Numbered from the stretch's first letter, positions 29,129 to 39,421 are shown. The stretch: DNA of 49,851 nucleotides from an uncultured Desulfobacteraceae bacterium (GCA_964631805.1 CAZWAE010000004.1:9661-59511); one strand, 5' to 3'. Notes: a model not told the origin generated them from the letters alone. Numbers and translations: made by a program.

Positions 29129-30243
29129 ATGGATCAGCAATATCAGGCAGCCGGGCCACCCCATTCACGCTCATTTTTAAAGCGCGCCACAGTGACAATC
29201 CTGATGCTGAGTTGGGTGTTTGTTCTGCCCCTCTTTTCCCTTGCCCTGGCACAGGCCCCCCCGCGTCCATCAAAATCGCCGTAAAGGAGTTTCCGCCCTT
29301 TGTCTTCAAGGAACCCAGGGGGTTTGCCATCGATATGGCCCGGGCGATCTGCGAGAAGAACGGACTGACACCGGAGTTTGTCTATTATGATACGGTTCGG
29401 GAGGTGCTCGAGGCCGTAGAAACCGGTGCCTGCGACATCAACTTTTCCGGGATCACCATTACCGCCGAACGGGAGAAGAGGGTCGATTTTTCCCATCCTT
29501 TTTTTGATTCCGGACTCATCGTTGCCGTCATGGAAACCCAAGACAACCGTTCGCTCGACTTTGTGGTGCATATTTTGAAGGTGATCGGTTACTCTCTTTT
29601 GGTCTTTTTTATCGGGCTTACGGTGGTGGCCCATATGATCTGGTTTCTTGAAAAAAGCGACGCAGACCCCAGGAGTTTTCCCACCGATTACAAAAAGGGA
29701 ATCATGGATGCCTACTGGTGGGCGGTGGTCACTATGACCACCGTCGGTTATGGCGACAAATGTCCGAAAAAAGTCATCGGCCGCATCATCGCTTCGGTCT
29801 GGATGATTATCGGCATCATCTGGTTTGCCGCCTTCACGGCGTCCCTGTCATCGACATTGACCTTAAATCGCATCGATCATGGGGAGATCAAAGGGCTTTC
29901 GGACCTCGGCAGCAAAAGCGTTTCGGTGATCAAGGGGACCACCAGCGAGAACTACATGCGCTATCACGATGTGACCGTCATGCTGGCCGAAACCCTGGAT
30001 GACCTGATCAAAAGCCTTAAAACCGGTGTCGTCGATGCCATCGTGTATGATGCCCCCGCATTGATGTACATTGCCAAAACAGATCCGTCGATACGGGTGG
30101 TCGGTGAGATGTTCGATGAGCAGCGATACGGTGTGGTATTTCCCCAGGGCGCTAAGAATTCCCTAAAAGAGACGTTCAACATCGGCATTCTCGAAATACA
30201 GAATAGCGGTGAATACCGGGAACTATACAACAAATGGTTTTGA
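29129..30243 (+). CDS. GluR0-like ligand-gated K+ channel (SBP_bac_3 split by an ion-channel pore), frameshifted at a C7 run after the signal peptide
   Basis: PPFV..GFAIDM, ITITAEREKRVDFSHPFFDSG, pore WWAVVTMTTVGYGD, VYDAPAL, YGVVFP. The signal peptide (...LFSLALAQAPP) is in a different frame, joined at C7 29256-29262. Confidence 0.82.
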
Positions 30244-30274
30244 TTGAAGTGACGAAAGTCGAAGGGAATCGAGG

Positions 30275-31240
30275 ATGTCGAACATCGCGCTGAAGGAGGT
30301 CGATAGGGTTGAAATTACCGTTCTGGTAGACAATGTCAGCGATCTGCTCCTGGAAGATTCAGACACGATCAAACGGCTGCGGGTTTTACCGCCCAATGCC
30401 CCCCTTGCCGAGCCTGGGTTGTCCTGTTTGATCACCGTCACCGAGGGGGTGGAATCCTCCACCGTTTTGATGGACACGGGAATCTCGGGGACCTGCCTGA
30501 AACACAACGGGGAGATGCTGGCCTCTAGCCTCGGTGTGATGACCGGAGCGGTCCGGCAACGGCTCGAAACGGTGGAAACCATCGTGTTGAGCCACGGCCA
30601 TTTCGATCATTTTTCGGGGTTGACTGCGTATCTTCAGGAAATGGGGAAAGAAATGACGGTGGTCGTGCATCCCGGGGCATTCGTGGATCGGCGACTCAAG
30701 GTTGGCCCCGATGCTTATGTGGAGATGCCGGCGATGGTGCAGGCGGAGATGGAGGCGGCCGGGGCGATTTTCGACATACGGAGCCATGCCTCCACCCTTG
30801 CCTCGGATCGCATCCTCGTCACCGGAGAGGTGGCACGCACCACCGGTTTCGAGAAAGGATCACAGGGTCTTGAAGCCTGCCTTGACGGCGCCTGGGTAAA
30901 TGATCCCTTTGAAGACGACCAGGGAATCGCCATGAAAATAAAGGGAAAGGGACTCGTGATCATCGGCGGATGCGCCCATTCCGGCATCATCAATATTGTT
31001 GAACATGTCAGGAGGATCACAGGGACCGGGGCGGTGCATGCGGTGATCGGCGGTTTCCACCTGGGCGGGCAGAGCAAGGCGGTGATCGAATCCACCGTGC
31101 AGGCCATGAAAGCCATCGGTCCCGATCTCATCGTGCCCATGCATTGCACGGGGTGGCAGGCGATCCAGCGGTTTGCATCGGAGATGCCCGACCAGTTCGC
31201 ATTCAACAGTGTGGGCACAACTTATTTGTTGGGTGACTGA
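30275..31240 (+). CDS. MBL-fold metallo-hydrolase
   Basis: ITVLVDN, LMDTG, LSHGHFDH, GCAHSGIINI, GGFHL, PMHCTG. Confidence 0.9.
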   Translation: MSNIALKEVDRVEITVLVDNVSDLLLEDSDTIKRLRVLPPNAPLAEPGLSCLITVTEGVESSTVLMDTGISGTCLKHNGEMLASSLGVMTGAVRQRLETVETIVLSHGHFDHFSGLTAYLQEMGKEMTVVVHPGAFVDRRLKVGPDAYVEMPAMVQAEMEAAGAIFDIRSHASTLASDRILVTGEVARTTGFEKGSQGLEACLDGAWVNDPFEDDQGIAMKIKGKGLVIIGGCAHSGIINIVEHVRRITGTGAVHAVIGGFHLGGQSKAVIESTVQAMKAIGPDLIVPMHCTGWQAIQRFASEMPDQFAFNSVGTTYLLGD

Positions 31241-31270
31241 ACATGGATGCATTTCCTGAGAAGGGGCCAT

Positions 31271-31330
31271 GGGCCGGCGCGAATAAGAGCCCTCTATTTT
31301 AGATTTTTGATTTGAGATTGAAGATTTGGC
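31271..31330. repeat. Intergenic element: 16-bp motif shared with 26711 followed by a heptamer tandem
   Basis: GGGCCGGCGCGAATAA (14/16 identical to 26711-26726), then ATTTTAG ATTTTTG ATTTGAG ATTGAAG ATTTGGC. Confidence 0.4.
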
Positions 31331-31431
31331 GGTTCAGACGCAGTTAAAAAAGAAGGGATGATTTAAATTGTGTTGGTTGAAGACTGCGTGAAGATATCGT
31401 TCCGTACGGGCCGGAAAATGGGAGACCGATT

Positions 31432-31776
31432 TTGGACGATGGGAAAAGAGAAAAACTGAAACTTCATGTGCGGGATAAGATAGAAGGATTGAAGGAAGAT
31501 ATTGCGGCTTATAAACTGCGTACCCTGCCGGTATCGCCGGATAATGCCATCGGGCGGATCTCGCGCATGGAGGCGATCAACGACAAAAGCATCTATGACG
31601 CCGCCCTGAACAAGGCGCTTCAGACGTTGCCGAAACTGGAACGCTTGTTGACAATGATCGATGATCCGGAATTCGGGTTATGCCGCGAGTGTGAGGAACC
31701 GATCCCGTTTGGCAGATTGATGATCATGCCCGAGTCCGATCTTTGCGTTCACTGTGCCGGGTTTCTGGAAGGGTAG
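31432..31776 (+). CDS. TraR/DksA C4-type zinc finger protein
   Basis: PVSPDNAIGRISRMEAI, FGLCRECEEPIPFGRL..MPESDLCVHC. Confidence 0.88.
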   Translation: MDDGKREKLKLHVRDKIEGLKEDIAAYKLRTLPVSPDNAIGRISRMEAINDKSIYDAALNKALQTLPKLERLLTMIDDPEFGLCRECEEPIPFGRLMIMPESDLCVHCAGFLEG

Positions 31777-31828
31777 GGATTATTAACTTACCGGAGTTGA
31801 GAAAAAGAAGACTGAAAGGAGAACCGGG

Positions 31829-32629
31829 ATGAATTTCCACAAGACCAGACTGATCTATTTTTCCCCCACTCGAACGACGAAAAAAATAATGGAAGGGATC
31901 TCCCTCGGCATACAGGCAGACACTACAGCCCATATGGACCTGACCGCCCTTGACGCCAGGTCCCAAATTGGCGGCACCATCGGCGACGACCTTGTCGTCT
32001 TCGGTGTTCCCGTCTATGCGGGGCGGGTCCCCAAAGTTGCGGCCGAGGGCCTTTCGAAACTGAAAGGGAGCAATGTGCCCTGCGCCGTTGTGGTCGTTTA
32101 CGGGAACCGGGAATATGAAGATGCCCTCCTGGAGCTAAGAGATCTGGTATCCAAGGCGGGCTTTACGCCCATCGTCGGCGGGGCGTTTATCGGGGAGCAT
32201 TCCTTTTCAACGGAAGAAAAACCCATCGCCCCCGACCGGCCCGATTCGGATGATTCGGATGCAGCCAAACGATTCGGAGAGATGATCCGGAAAAAGCTTT
32301 CAGGAATCGATACCCTGGATGGGTTGCCGCCATTGGAGGTACCGGGAAACTTTCCTTACAAGGAGCATCCCAATCGCCCCCCCATCTCTCCTGCCACCCG
32401 GGAAGAGCCGTGTATCCTCTGCGGCGAGTGTGTGGCTGTGTGCCCCACGGAGGTGATTACCTTAAAGGATTCCGTGGAAACGGACGCAGAAGGGTGTATC
32501 ATCTGTTGTGCCTGCGTCAAGGCCTGTCCCACAGGGGCGCGAGTGATGGCGGCGGAGCCGATCCTTCAGATTGCCGACTGGCTGTATACCAACTACAGCG
32601 AGCCCAAAAAGCCCGAAATGTTCGTCTGA
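31829..32629 (+). CDS. Flavodoxin-like + 2x[4Fe-4S] ferredoxin protein (EFR1-like)
   Basis: IYFSPTRTT, GVPVYAGRVP, VVYGNREYEDALLEL; CILCGECVAVCP and CIICCACVKACP. Confidence 0.88.
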   Translation: MNFHKTRLIYFSPTRTTKKIMEGISLGIQADTTAHMDLTALDARSQIGGTIGDDLVVFGVPVYAGRVPKVAAEGLSKLKGSNVPCAVVVVYGNREYEDALLELRDLVSKAGFTPIVGGAFIGEHSFSTEEKPIAPDRPDSDDSDAAKRFGEMIRKKLSGIDTLDGLPPLEVPGNFPYKEHPNRPPISPATREEPCILCGECVAVCPTEVITLKDSVETDAEGCIICCACVKACPTGARVMAAEPILQIADWLYTNYSEPKKPEMFV

Positions 32630-32652
32630 AGATGGATCCTGTACATCCCTGC

Positions 32653-32866
32653 GTTGCATAAATTTACATTATCCATGAATCCAGAGTTACACGAACTTAT
32701 TACAGTAATTGGACAGATACTGGATGCTCGATTCTGGATAAACAGAAACGCTCCGATGGTGGCATCGAAAATATCCAGCATCCAGCATCCAGAAACCAGG
32801 ATCAGTTTACGCCGACAGCGGATTTCCCCATAATCACCGCATATCAAAATATAAGATTTATGCAAC
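32653..32866. repeat. MITE/REP-like palindromic intergenic element
   Basis: 11-bp terminal inverted repeats GTTGCATAAAT...ATTTATGCAAC enclosing inverted heptamer arrays (GATACTG GATGCTC GATTCTG vs ATCCAGC ATCCAGC ATCCAGA AACCAGG). Confidence 0.6.
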
Positions 32867-32890
32867 TATGAGGTAAATAGAGGCCTCCCA

Positions 32891-33640
32891 ATGAAAAAGC
32901 TGCCAACCCGAATCGTGGTTTGGGGTCTTGCCTTGATGCTGGCCGGTTCGGTTATCGGCAACATTGTCGGATACCGGACGGTCTACAGGGTTTATGACCA
33001 ATTTAACGATGTGCGGCTGGACCCTTTGGGAGAGAATAGCCGACGGTCTGAATCGACGTCTTCCGGTTACCGGGATGTCGTTCTTCTGGGGGATTCCCAT
33101 GCGGAAAACTGGCAGTATAAAGTAGGCGATGCCTTTAACCTGGGAATAGCGGGGCAGACCTCCGTCCAGGTTCGCATACGTTCGGACGTTTACCGGGAAG
33201 ATCTTTCCGGAAGGCGCCTCATCGTGATGGCGGGGGGAAACGACCTCAAAAGCCTCAGTACCAATACCCATCGGAAAGAGGCCGTTGTCGGGCGCTGCCT
33301 GTCCTCCCTTGACGCCATCGTCTCCAACCACCGTGGCCGGTTTGAAGAGATCGTATTGGTCACGGTGCCCCCGGTGTTTTCAATGCCGCTGGAATACCGT
33401 TTTCTTCATTCCCATGTGATCGACAGCGCACACCGGGAGCTCAACCGGGGCATCCGCAGGCTTGCGGCAAAAAGGAAAGTCAGGCTTCTGGACGCTTATG
33501 CGATCCTGAGTGAGAAAAAGGAGACCGAAACGCTGTCCAAGGACGGCATCCATCTCAATGCCACCGCCTATCGCTACCTGGAGGCGGCGCTTTCGGGCGG
33601 GATAATCCACGCTCAATCGGCAGAGGAAGCCACACCCTGA
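32891..33640 (+). CDS. SGNH/GDSL hydrolase family protein, membrane-anchored
   Basis: LLGDSH, NLGIAGQTS, AGGND, DGIHLN; N-terminal hydrophobic segment. Confidence 0.85.
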   Translation: MKKLPTRIVVWGLALMLAGSVIGNIVGYRTVYRVYDQFNDVRLDPLGENSRRSESTSSGYRDVVLLGDSHAENWQYKVGDAFNLGIAGQTSVQVRIRSDVYREDLSGRRLIVMAGGNDLKSLSTNTHRKEAVVGRCLSSLDAIVSNHRGRFEEIVLVTVPPVFSMPLEYRFLHSHVIDSAHRELNRGIRRLAAKRKVRLLDAYAILSEKKETETLSKDGIHLNATAYRYLEAALSGGIIHAQSAEEATP

Positions 33641-33797
33641 AATGGCAACAGGACCGGCCCTGCACATCCGATTGCCCGGCGCGTTCACTCCTTGACTTCT
33701 TTTACAGGAGCCTTACTCGTTTATGAATGGTTTTGTTTTCCATTGAGACCCGGATCTTCCGGGTCTGACGCGTTACTCAAAACGGAGACCCGCTCCA

Positions 33798-35027
33798 GTG
33801 AAAAATACCACCGGCATGAACGAGAACGGATCGAGCTATTTTTTGATTGCCACCGGCTGCCTGCTATTGCTGCTCTCTTTCGGGTTTCGCTCCAGTTTCG
33901 GGTTGTTTGTCCGGCCCATCACCGAAGCCAACGGCTGGGGGCGCGAGACGATCTCCATGGCTCTGGCCATCCAAAACCTCGTCTGGGGGATCGTGGCTGT
34001 ATTTGCCGGTGGATTGGCCGACCGCTTCGGCAACGTCAAGGTCGTGGTGGCCGGAACCCTGGTGTATTCCCTGGGAATGGTTACGATGGCCGGTGTGGAC
34101 AGCCGGTGGATGCTGCACAGTTCGGCGGGCATTTTGGTGGGGGCCGGCATTGCCGGCACCTCTTTCGGTATTGTGCTGCCGGCCATGGCCAGGGCGGTGG
34201 GTGAAGAAAGGCGCCAGATGGCATTGGGACTGGGCACGGCTGCCGGTTCCTTCGGCCAGTTTGCCGTCGTTCCCCTGGCTCAGCAGATGATCGATGGCTT
34301 TGGCTGGATCACCGCCCTGAACGTCCTGGCGGCGGCGGCCCTGGTCATGGCGTTGTTGGCCATTCCTCTGGCACCCTACTCGGGAAAAGGGGAAATCACT
34401 CCCATCCAAAAGGATCAGACCGTCTCCGAAGCTTTGCAGGAAGCCCTGCACCATCGCTCTTTTCTCCTGCTGGTGACCGGATTTTTTGTGTGTGGTTTTC
34501 ATGTGGCCTTTATCACGGCCCACATGCCGGCTTTTTTGGTCGACAAGGGATTTGATGCCCAATTGGGTGCCTGGAGCATCGCCATTATCGGGCTCTGCAA
34601 CGTGGTGGGCGCTTTTCTTTCCGGTATCTGGTCCGGCCGGATATTCAAACGCTATCTGCTGGTGGGCATTTATATCGGCCGTGGCATTGCCATCACCCTC
34701 TTTTTGCTGATCCCCATGACCCTGCCGTCGGTACTTTTCTTCAGCGCGGTGATGGGGTTTTTGTGGCTGGCCACGGTTCCGCCCACCTCCGGACTGGTGG
34801 CGGTGATGTTCGGCACCCGCTACATGGCACTGCTCTACGGCATTGTCTTTTTGGGTCACCAGATCGGCAGTTTCAGCGGCGTCTGGCTGGGGGGCTGGCT
34901 GTATGACCGCAGCGGCAGCTACGACGGGGTCTGGTGGCTGGGTGTGGCATTCGGCATCATGGCCGCGGTGGTGCATTGGCCCATTGAGGAGCGGCCCGTC
35001 GGGCGGCTGGTTGCCGAAACTCCATAA
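33798..35027 (+). CDS. MFS transporter
   Basis: GFRSSFGLF, GGLADRFG, GFFVCGFHVAFI..H, LWLATVPPT, HQIGSF.G.WLGG.LYD. Confidence 0.9.
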   Translation: MKNTTGMNENGSSYFLIATGCLLLLLSFGFRSSFGLFVRPITEANGWGRETISMALAIQNLVWGIVAVFAGGLADRFGNVKVVVAGTLVYSLGMVTMAGVDSRWMLHSSAGILVGAGIAGTSFGIVLPAMARAVGEERRQMALGLGTAAGSFGQFAVVPLAQQMIDGFGWITALNVLAAAALVMALLAIPLAPYSGKGEITPIQKDQTVSEALQEALHHRSFLLLVTGFFVCGFHVAFITAHMPAFLVDKGFDAQLGAWSIAIIGLCNVVGAFLSGIWSGRIFKRYLLVGIYIGRGIAITLFLLIPMTLPSVLFFSAVMGFLWLATVPPTSGLVAVMFGTRYMALLYGIVFLGHQIGSFSGVWLGGWLYDRSGSYDGVWWLGVAFGIMAAVVHWPIEERPVGRLVAETP

Positions 35028-35068
35028 GTGTGGATCCGCCGACGAAAACGGGTAGGGGTATATTCAAG

Positions 35069-35704
35069 ATGACCATCGGCATCATTTACTGCGAAACATT
35101 GGCGAGCGAAATTGAGATACTTGCAGGGGAGATTCCCCAAATCGGTTGTCTTGAGAAAATGCCTTGGGACTTGCATATCGATCCGGAGAAACTCCTGAAC
35201 AAGGTGCGGGAAAAAATAGAGCACCTCCAGAACCGGGTCGACGTGATCATCCTGGGTTACGGCCGATGCCAGTCCCTTGGCCGGTTGGGAAGTGATTTCA
35301 AGGTACCGGTTCTTAGGCCGGACGCAGAGGACTGTATCGGGATTCTACTGGGACAGGAACGCTATAATGCGGAACTGGAAAACGAACCGGGAACCTGGTT
35401 TCTCTCTCCGGGATGGACGAAAATGGGAACCGATTTTGTATTTAGAGAGCTGCAAATCAGTCCTCTGGGTTATAAAAAGGAGATCGATCCGCTGCAGCTC
35501 GCCCGCCGCTTGTTGGAAGGATTCACACGTGCGCTTTACATCGATATGGAGCTGGGCCGCGATGGGGAAGATTTACCGGCCAGGGCTCGTTGCATTGCCG
35601 CCGACCTGGATTTGAGGCTGGAGAAAACCCGGGGCTCATATGCCGTATTGAATAATATCATAGAAAAAGCCCTGGCTCTTGACAGTGCAGGGCGGGACCG
35701 GTGA
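35069..35704 (+). CDS. DUF1638 domain-containing protein
   Basis: IIYCETL..EI, LHIDPEKL, ILGYGRC, EDCIGILLG, PGTWFLSPGW. Confidence 0.82.
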   Translation: MTIGIIYCETLASEIEILAGEIPQIGCLEKMPWDLHIDPEKLLNKVREKIEHLQNRVDVIILGYGRCQSLGRLGSDFKVPVLRPDAEDCIGILLGQERYNAELENEPGTWFLSPGWTKMGTDFVFRELQISPLGYKKEIDPLQLARRLLEGFTRALYIDMELGRDGEDLPARARCIAADLDLRLEKTRGSYAVLNNIIEKALALDSAGRDR

Positions 35705-35705
35705 A

Positions 35706-36485
35706 ATGGAAGAAAAAATCGTAAGAATAGCGGAGATGATCAAAGAGGGTGGCCGGAATATCGTCTTTACGGGGGCGGGCATATCCACCGAAAGCGGTAT
35801 TCCGGACTATCGCAGTCAGGGCGGTATCTGGGACCGATTCCGGCCGGTCTATTTCGACGAATTCATGTCCTTCAGAGAAGCCAGGGAGGAGTACTGGCGG
35901 CGATGGACGGAGCTCTACCGGGGCCTTCTTCAGGCCGACCCCAATCCCGCACACCGGGCGGTGGCCGAACTGTGCGACGCAGGACTTCTGGATGCGGTCA
36001 TTACCCAGAACGTAGACGGCCTTCATCAGGCTTCCGGCGTTCCCGATGACAAGATCATCGAACTGCACGGCAACACCCGGCGAATTCGTTGCATGCACTG
36101 CCAAAAGTTAACCTCCACAGAGGAAGTCTGGGAGCGTATGGCCGAGGGTGACAAAGCACCGGAATGCTCATGCGGCGGCTACCTGAAACCGGACACCATC
36201 TCTTTCGGCCAATCCATGCCTGTGGCAGAAGTGGAGAGGGCCGCAAAACTATCGAGTACCAGTGATTTCTTCATGGTGGTGGGGTCGACACTGCTGGTAC
36301 AGCCGGCGGCCCATATGCCCTTTTACGCCAAGAAAAATGATGCCCGGCTTGTGGTCGTCAACCTTTCCGAGACCCCTTGCGACGAGATCTGCGACGTTCT
36401 CATCCGGAAAGAGGCCGGGAAGGTGTTGCCCGCGATAGTCGAAAGTGTGAGGGCAAAAGGCGGGGGGCGCCGGGTTATGACCTAA
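35706..36485 (+). CDS. cobB: Sir2-family NAD-dependent protein deacylase
   Basis: FTGAGISTESGIPDYRS, ITQNVDGLHQ, ELHG, CxxC/CxC zinc sites, KPD, VGSTL.V.PAA. Confidence 0.88.
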   Translation: MEEKIVRIAEMIKEGGRNIVFTGAGISTESGIPDYRSQGGIWDRFRPVYFDEFMSFREAREEYWRRWTELYRGLLQADPNPAHRAVAELCDAGLLDAVITQNVDGLHQASGVPDDKIIELHGNTRRIRCMHCQKLTSTEEVWERMAEGDKAPECSCGGYLKPDTISFGQSMPVAEVERAAKLSSTSDFFMVVGSTLLVQPAAHMPFYAKKNDARLVVVNLSETPCDEICDVLIRKEAGKVLPAIVESVRAKGGGRRVMT

Positions 36486-36556
36486 GGTCCTCTTGGCTAT
36501 ATAAAATCCGGCCCGGGGGGCAGGGCTTTGGTTTGTTGGAATAAAACGGATTTGAA

Positions 36557-39085
36557 ATGACAGACCTTCCGGTTGAAACAATATTAGAAAAGTTAAGCGA
36601 CACCCTGCAAAAAACTCCCTGCGCCGTGCTGCAGGCACCGCCCGGGGCGGGCAAAACCACCCGGGTGCCGCTGGCTATATTGGAGCGGACGTGGCTGTCC
36701 GGCCGGCGGATTCTGATGCTGGAGCCGCGCCGGCTGGCCACCCGGGCTGCAGCGGCACGGATGGCGGCCAGCCTGGGGCAGCGGGTGGGCGAGACCGTGG
36801 GGTATCGCATGCGAATGGAGAGCCGGGTGTCTCCAAAAACCCGCATCGAGGTGTTGACCGAAGGGGTGCTCACTCGCCTGCTGCAGCGTGATCCGGGGCT
36901 TGAAGGGATCGGACTGGTGATTTTCGACGAGTTCCACGAACGCAGTCTGGCAGCGGATCTGTCTCTGTCCCTTTGCCTGGATATCCAGGGGGTTTTAAAT
37001 GAGTCCCTCCGTTTGCTGGTCATGTCTGCCACCCTGGATTCACAGCCTCTTTCACGGATAATGAACCATGCACCGGTGGTTTCATGCACCGGGAAACAGT
37101 TTGAAGTGGAAACCGTTTACATCGGACCCGGCCGGGCATCCACCCTGGCCCGGAATACGGCCGACACCATTTGCCGCGCTCTCAGGCGTTATTCCGGCAG
37201 CCTTCTTGTCTTTTTACCGGGTGCACCGGAAATTCGAAAGGTGCAGGGGATGCTTGAAAAATCGGATTTAGGTGCCGAGTGCCGGGTGGCCCCGCTTTTC
37301 GGCAACCTGACCCGGGCGGAGCAGCAGGCGGCTATCAATCCTTCTCCTGCAGGCCAGCGTAAAATCGTTTTGGCCACCGATATCGCAGAAACCAGCCTGA
37401 CCATCGAAGGAATCGAGGTGGTGGTTGACGGTGGCCATAGGCGGGCGCCCCTGTTCGATGTCTCCAGCGGCATGACCCGTCTGATGACCCTTCCGGTGTC
37501 CCGGGCTTCGGCCGATCAGCGTCGAGGCCGTGCCGGGCGGCTGGGGCCGGGAGTCTGCCTCAGGATGTGGGATCAAAACCGCCATCCGCTTCTGTCCCCA
37601 CACAACCGGCCCGAAATTCTGGAGACCGATCTCACGCCTTTTGCCTTGGAGCTGGCTGTGTGGGGGGTGAACCATCCCGGACAACTCAGGTGGCTTGACC
37701 CGCCGCCCGAGGCGGCTTTCCGCAGGGCCCGGCAGCTTTTGGGGGAACTGGGAGCGCTCGCTCCCCTTGACACCGGGCAGGAAACAGTGACCGAACATGG
37801 ACGGCAGATGGCGGAACTGGCCGTGCACCCGCGTTTGGCGCACATGCTTCTGATGGCACGTGAAGCGGGTGCCGGCGCCCCGGCCTGCCGGCTGGCGGCG
37901 TTGCTGGGCGAGCGCGATTTTATCCGGTTCAGGCCCGGCAGCCGGGACGCCGATCTGGGTTTGCGGCTGGAGGTGTTAGCGACAGTTGCTGCGGGCGCAA
38001 GGTTTGACCATGGGGAGCTTGACATCGATGCCGGCGTCTGCCGCCGAATTCTCAAAACCGCCGGGCTTCTTCAAAAAAGGTTGAAAACAAATTCAACTGC
38101 ATCGGACCGGGTCGATGCGGGGATGCTTCTGGCATGGGCATACCCCGACCGCATCGCCCGTCAGCGCAACGGTAGCCGGCGCCGTTACCTCATGACAAAT
38201 GGCAGGGGGGCTTGTTTTACTGATTACCAGCCCCTCTGCGCACAGACCCATCTGGTCGTGGCGGCTCTGGACGGGGACCGCCGGGAAGCCCGAATTTTCC
38301 TGGCGGCGGGCTACAACGAGGCGGATCTGCTGGAGCAATATGGAGACAAGATCCGGGAAGAGCAGCAGGTTCAATGGGATGCATCGACAAAGGCCGTTAC
38401 CGCCGTGAGGCTGCGAAAGCTGGGGGCCTTGACCCTTACGAAGGTCCGGATTGACGGATCGTCGGAGGACTTGCAGGTACAGGCGGCCATGGCGGACGGC
38501 ATCCGCCGGCAGGGACTCTCATGCCTGCCCTGGACCCGGCTGCTGCGAGCCTGGCAGGCGCGGGTGCTTTTTCTACGGCGTCTTCTCGGTGCCGGCGAGG
38601 GGTGGCCGGACCTCTCCGGCCAGGCCCTTATCGATACCCTCGAGATATGGCTGGGGCCCTATCTTGACGGCATCACACGGCTGAAACAACTCGGCGGCAT
38701 CGATCTGAAGAGCGCTTTGCAAGGCCATTTGAGCTGGCGCCGTCAACGCCTGCTGGACCGGCTGGCCCCGACGCACCTGGACCTGCCCAGCGGAGCCCGG
38801 GTGCCCATCGATTATCAGGTCGATCCCCCGACAGTATCCGTGCGTATTCAGCAGATGTTTGGTGAAACCCGGACGCCTGAGATCGCCGGCGGCCGGCAAC
38901 CTTTGCTGTTGCATCTCCTTTCCCCGGCTGGCCGGCCCATGCAGATCACCTCCGATCTGGCCGGTTTCTGGGAAGGCAGCTACAGCGACGTCAAAAAAGA
39001 CTTAAAAGCCCGCTACCCCAAACACCCCTGGCCGGACGACCCGCTCGCAGCCGCTCCCACCAATCGCGCCAAGCCGCGCTCTTGA
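36557..39085 (+). CDS. hrpB: ATP-dependent helicase HrpB
   Basis: APPGAGKTTRVPL, EPRRLA, DEFHERSL, MSATL, ATDIAETSLTI, QRRGRAGR, HrpB C-terminus LLSPAGRP.QIT.DL..FW...RYPKHPWPDDP. Confidence 0.95.
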   Translation: MTDLPVETILEKLSDTLQKTPCAVLQAPPGAGKTTRVPLAILERTWLSGRRILMLEPRRLATRAAAARMAASLGQRVGETVGYRMRMESRVSPKTRIEVLTEGVLTRLLQRDPGLEGIGLVIFDEFHERSLAADLSLSLCLDIQGVLNESLRLLVMSATLDSQPLSRIMNHAPVVSCTGKQFEVETVYIGPGRASTLARNTADTICRALRRYSGSLLVFLPGAPEIRKVQGMLEKSDLGAECRVAPLFGNLTRAEQQAAINPSPAGQRKIVLATDIAETSLTIEGIEVVVDGGHRRAPLFDVSSGMTRLMTLPVSRASADQRRGRAGRLGPGVCLRMWDQNRHPLLSPHNRPEILETDLTPFALELAVWGVNHPGQLRWLDPPPEAAFRRARQLLGELGALAPLDTGQETVTEHGRQMAELAVHPRLAHMLLMAREAGAGAPACRLAALLGERDFIRFRPGSRDADLGLRLEVLATVAAGARFDHGELDIDAGVCRRILKTAGLLQKRLKTNSTASDRVDAGMLLAWAYPDRIARQRNGSRRRYLMTNGRGACFTDYQPLCAQTHLVVAALDGDRREARIFLAAGYNEADLLEQYGDKIREEQQVQWDASTKAVTAVRLRKLGALTLTKVRIDGSSEDLQVQAAMADGIRRQGLSCLPWTRLLRAWQARVLFLRRLLGAGEGWPDLSGQALIDTLEIWLGPYLDGITRLKQLGGIDLKSALQGHLSWRRQRLLDRLAPTHLDLPSGARVPIDYQVDPPTVSVRIQQMFGETRTPEIAGGRQPLLLHLLSPAGRPMQITSDLAGFWEGSYSDVKKDLKARYPKHPWPDDPLAAAPTNRAKPRS

Positions 39086-39104
39086 AATCTGGTTACTTTT
39101 TCGG

Positions 39105-39332
39105 ATGGTCAGGAATCAATTTAAAAAACAACTGGAGAGGCGGCTCGAAAATCCACACGTGGAAACATCACGGCTCAGGGGCTACAGAAACCTTTACAAA
39201 ATAAAACTCATATCCCTGGGGTATCGACTAACCTATGTTGTCAAGGAAAATGAAATTACCATTTTTATCGTCAGTGTGAGACGTAGAGATAAGATCTACG
39301 AATTGCTGACAGACAAACTTCCTGATTCATAG
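39105..39332 (+). pseudogene. RelE/StbE-family toxin, apparently 5'-truncated, no adjacent antitoxin
   Basis: QFKKQLERRLENPHVETSRLRG...YKIKL..LGYRLTY.V...I.IVSVRRRD. It lacks the usual ~20 N-terminal residues and an RBS. Confidence 0.72.
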
Positions 39333-39421
39333 CGACGGGACGTGCACCTCCAGTTTCCCAACCAAAACAAATTGGTCGTAATTATTCAGTATCCTGATGA
39401 CGTGACAAAGGGTCTAACCAC

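Noticed and set aside
33864-34976. 370-aa minus-strand ORF and similar long antisense ORFs across the window
   Set aside because: Shadows of GC-rich genes on the opposite strand with no motifs of their own.
35706-39085. Sir2 + helicase as a defence pair (Sir2-HerA or Thoeris-like)
   Set aside because: The Sir2 is a canonical zinc-binding CobB deacylase and the helicase is a canonical HrpB; both are housekeeping.
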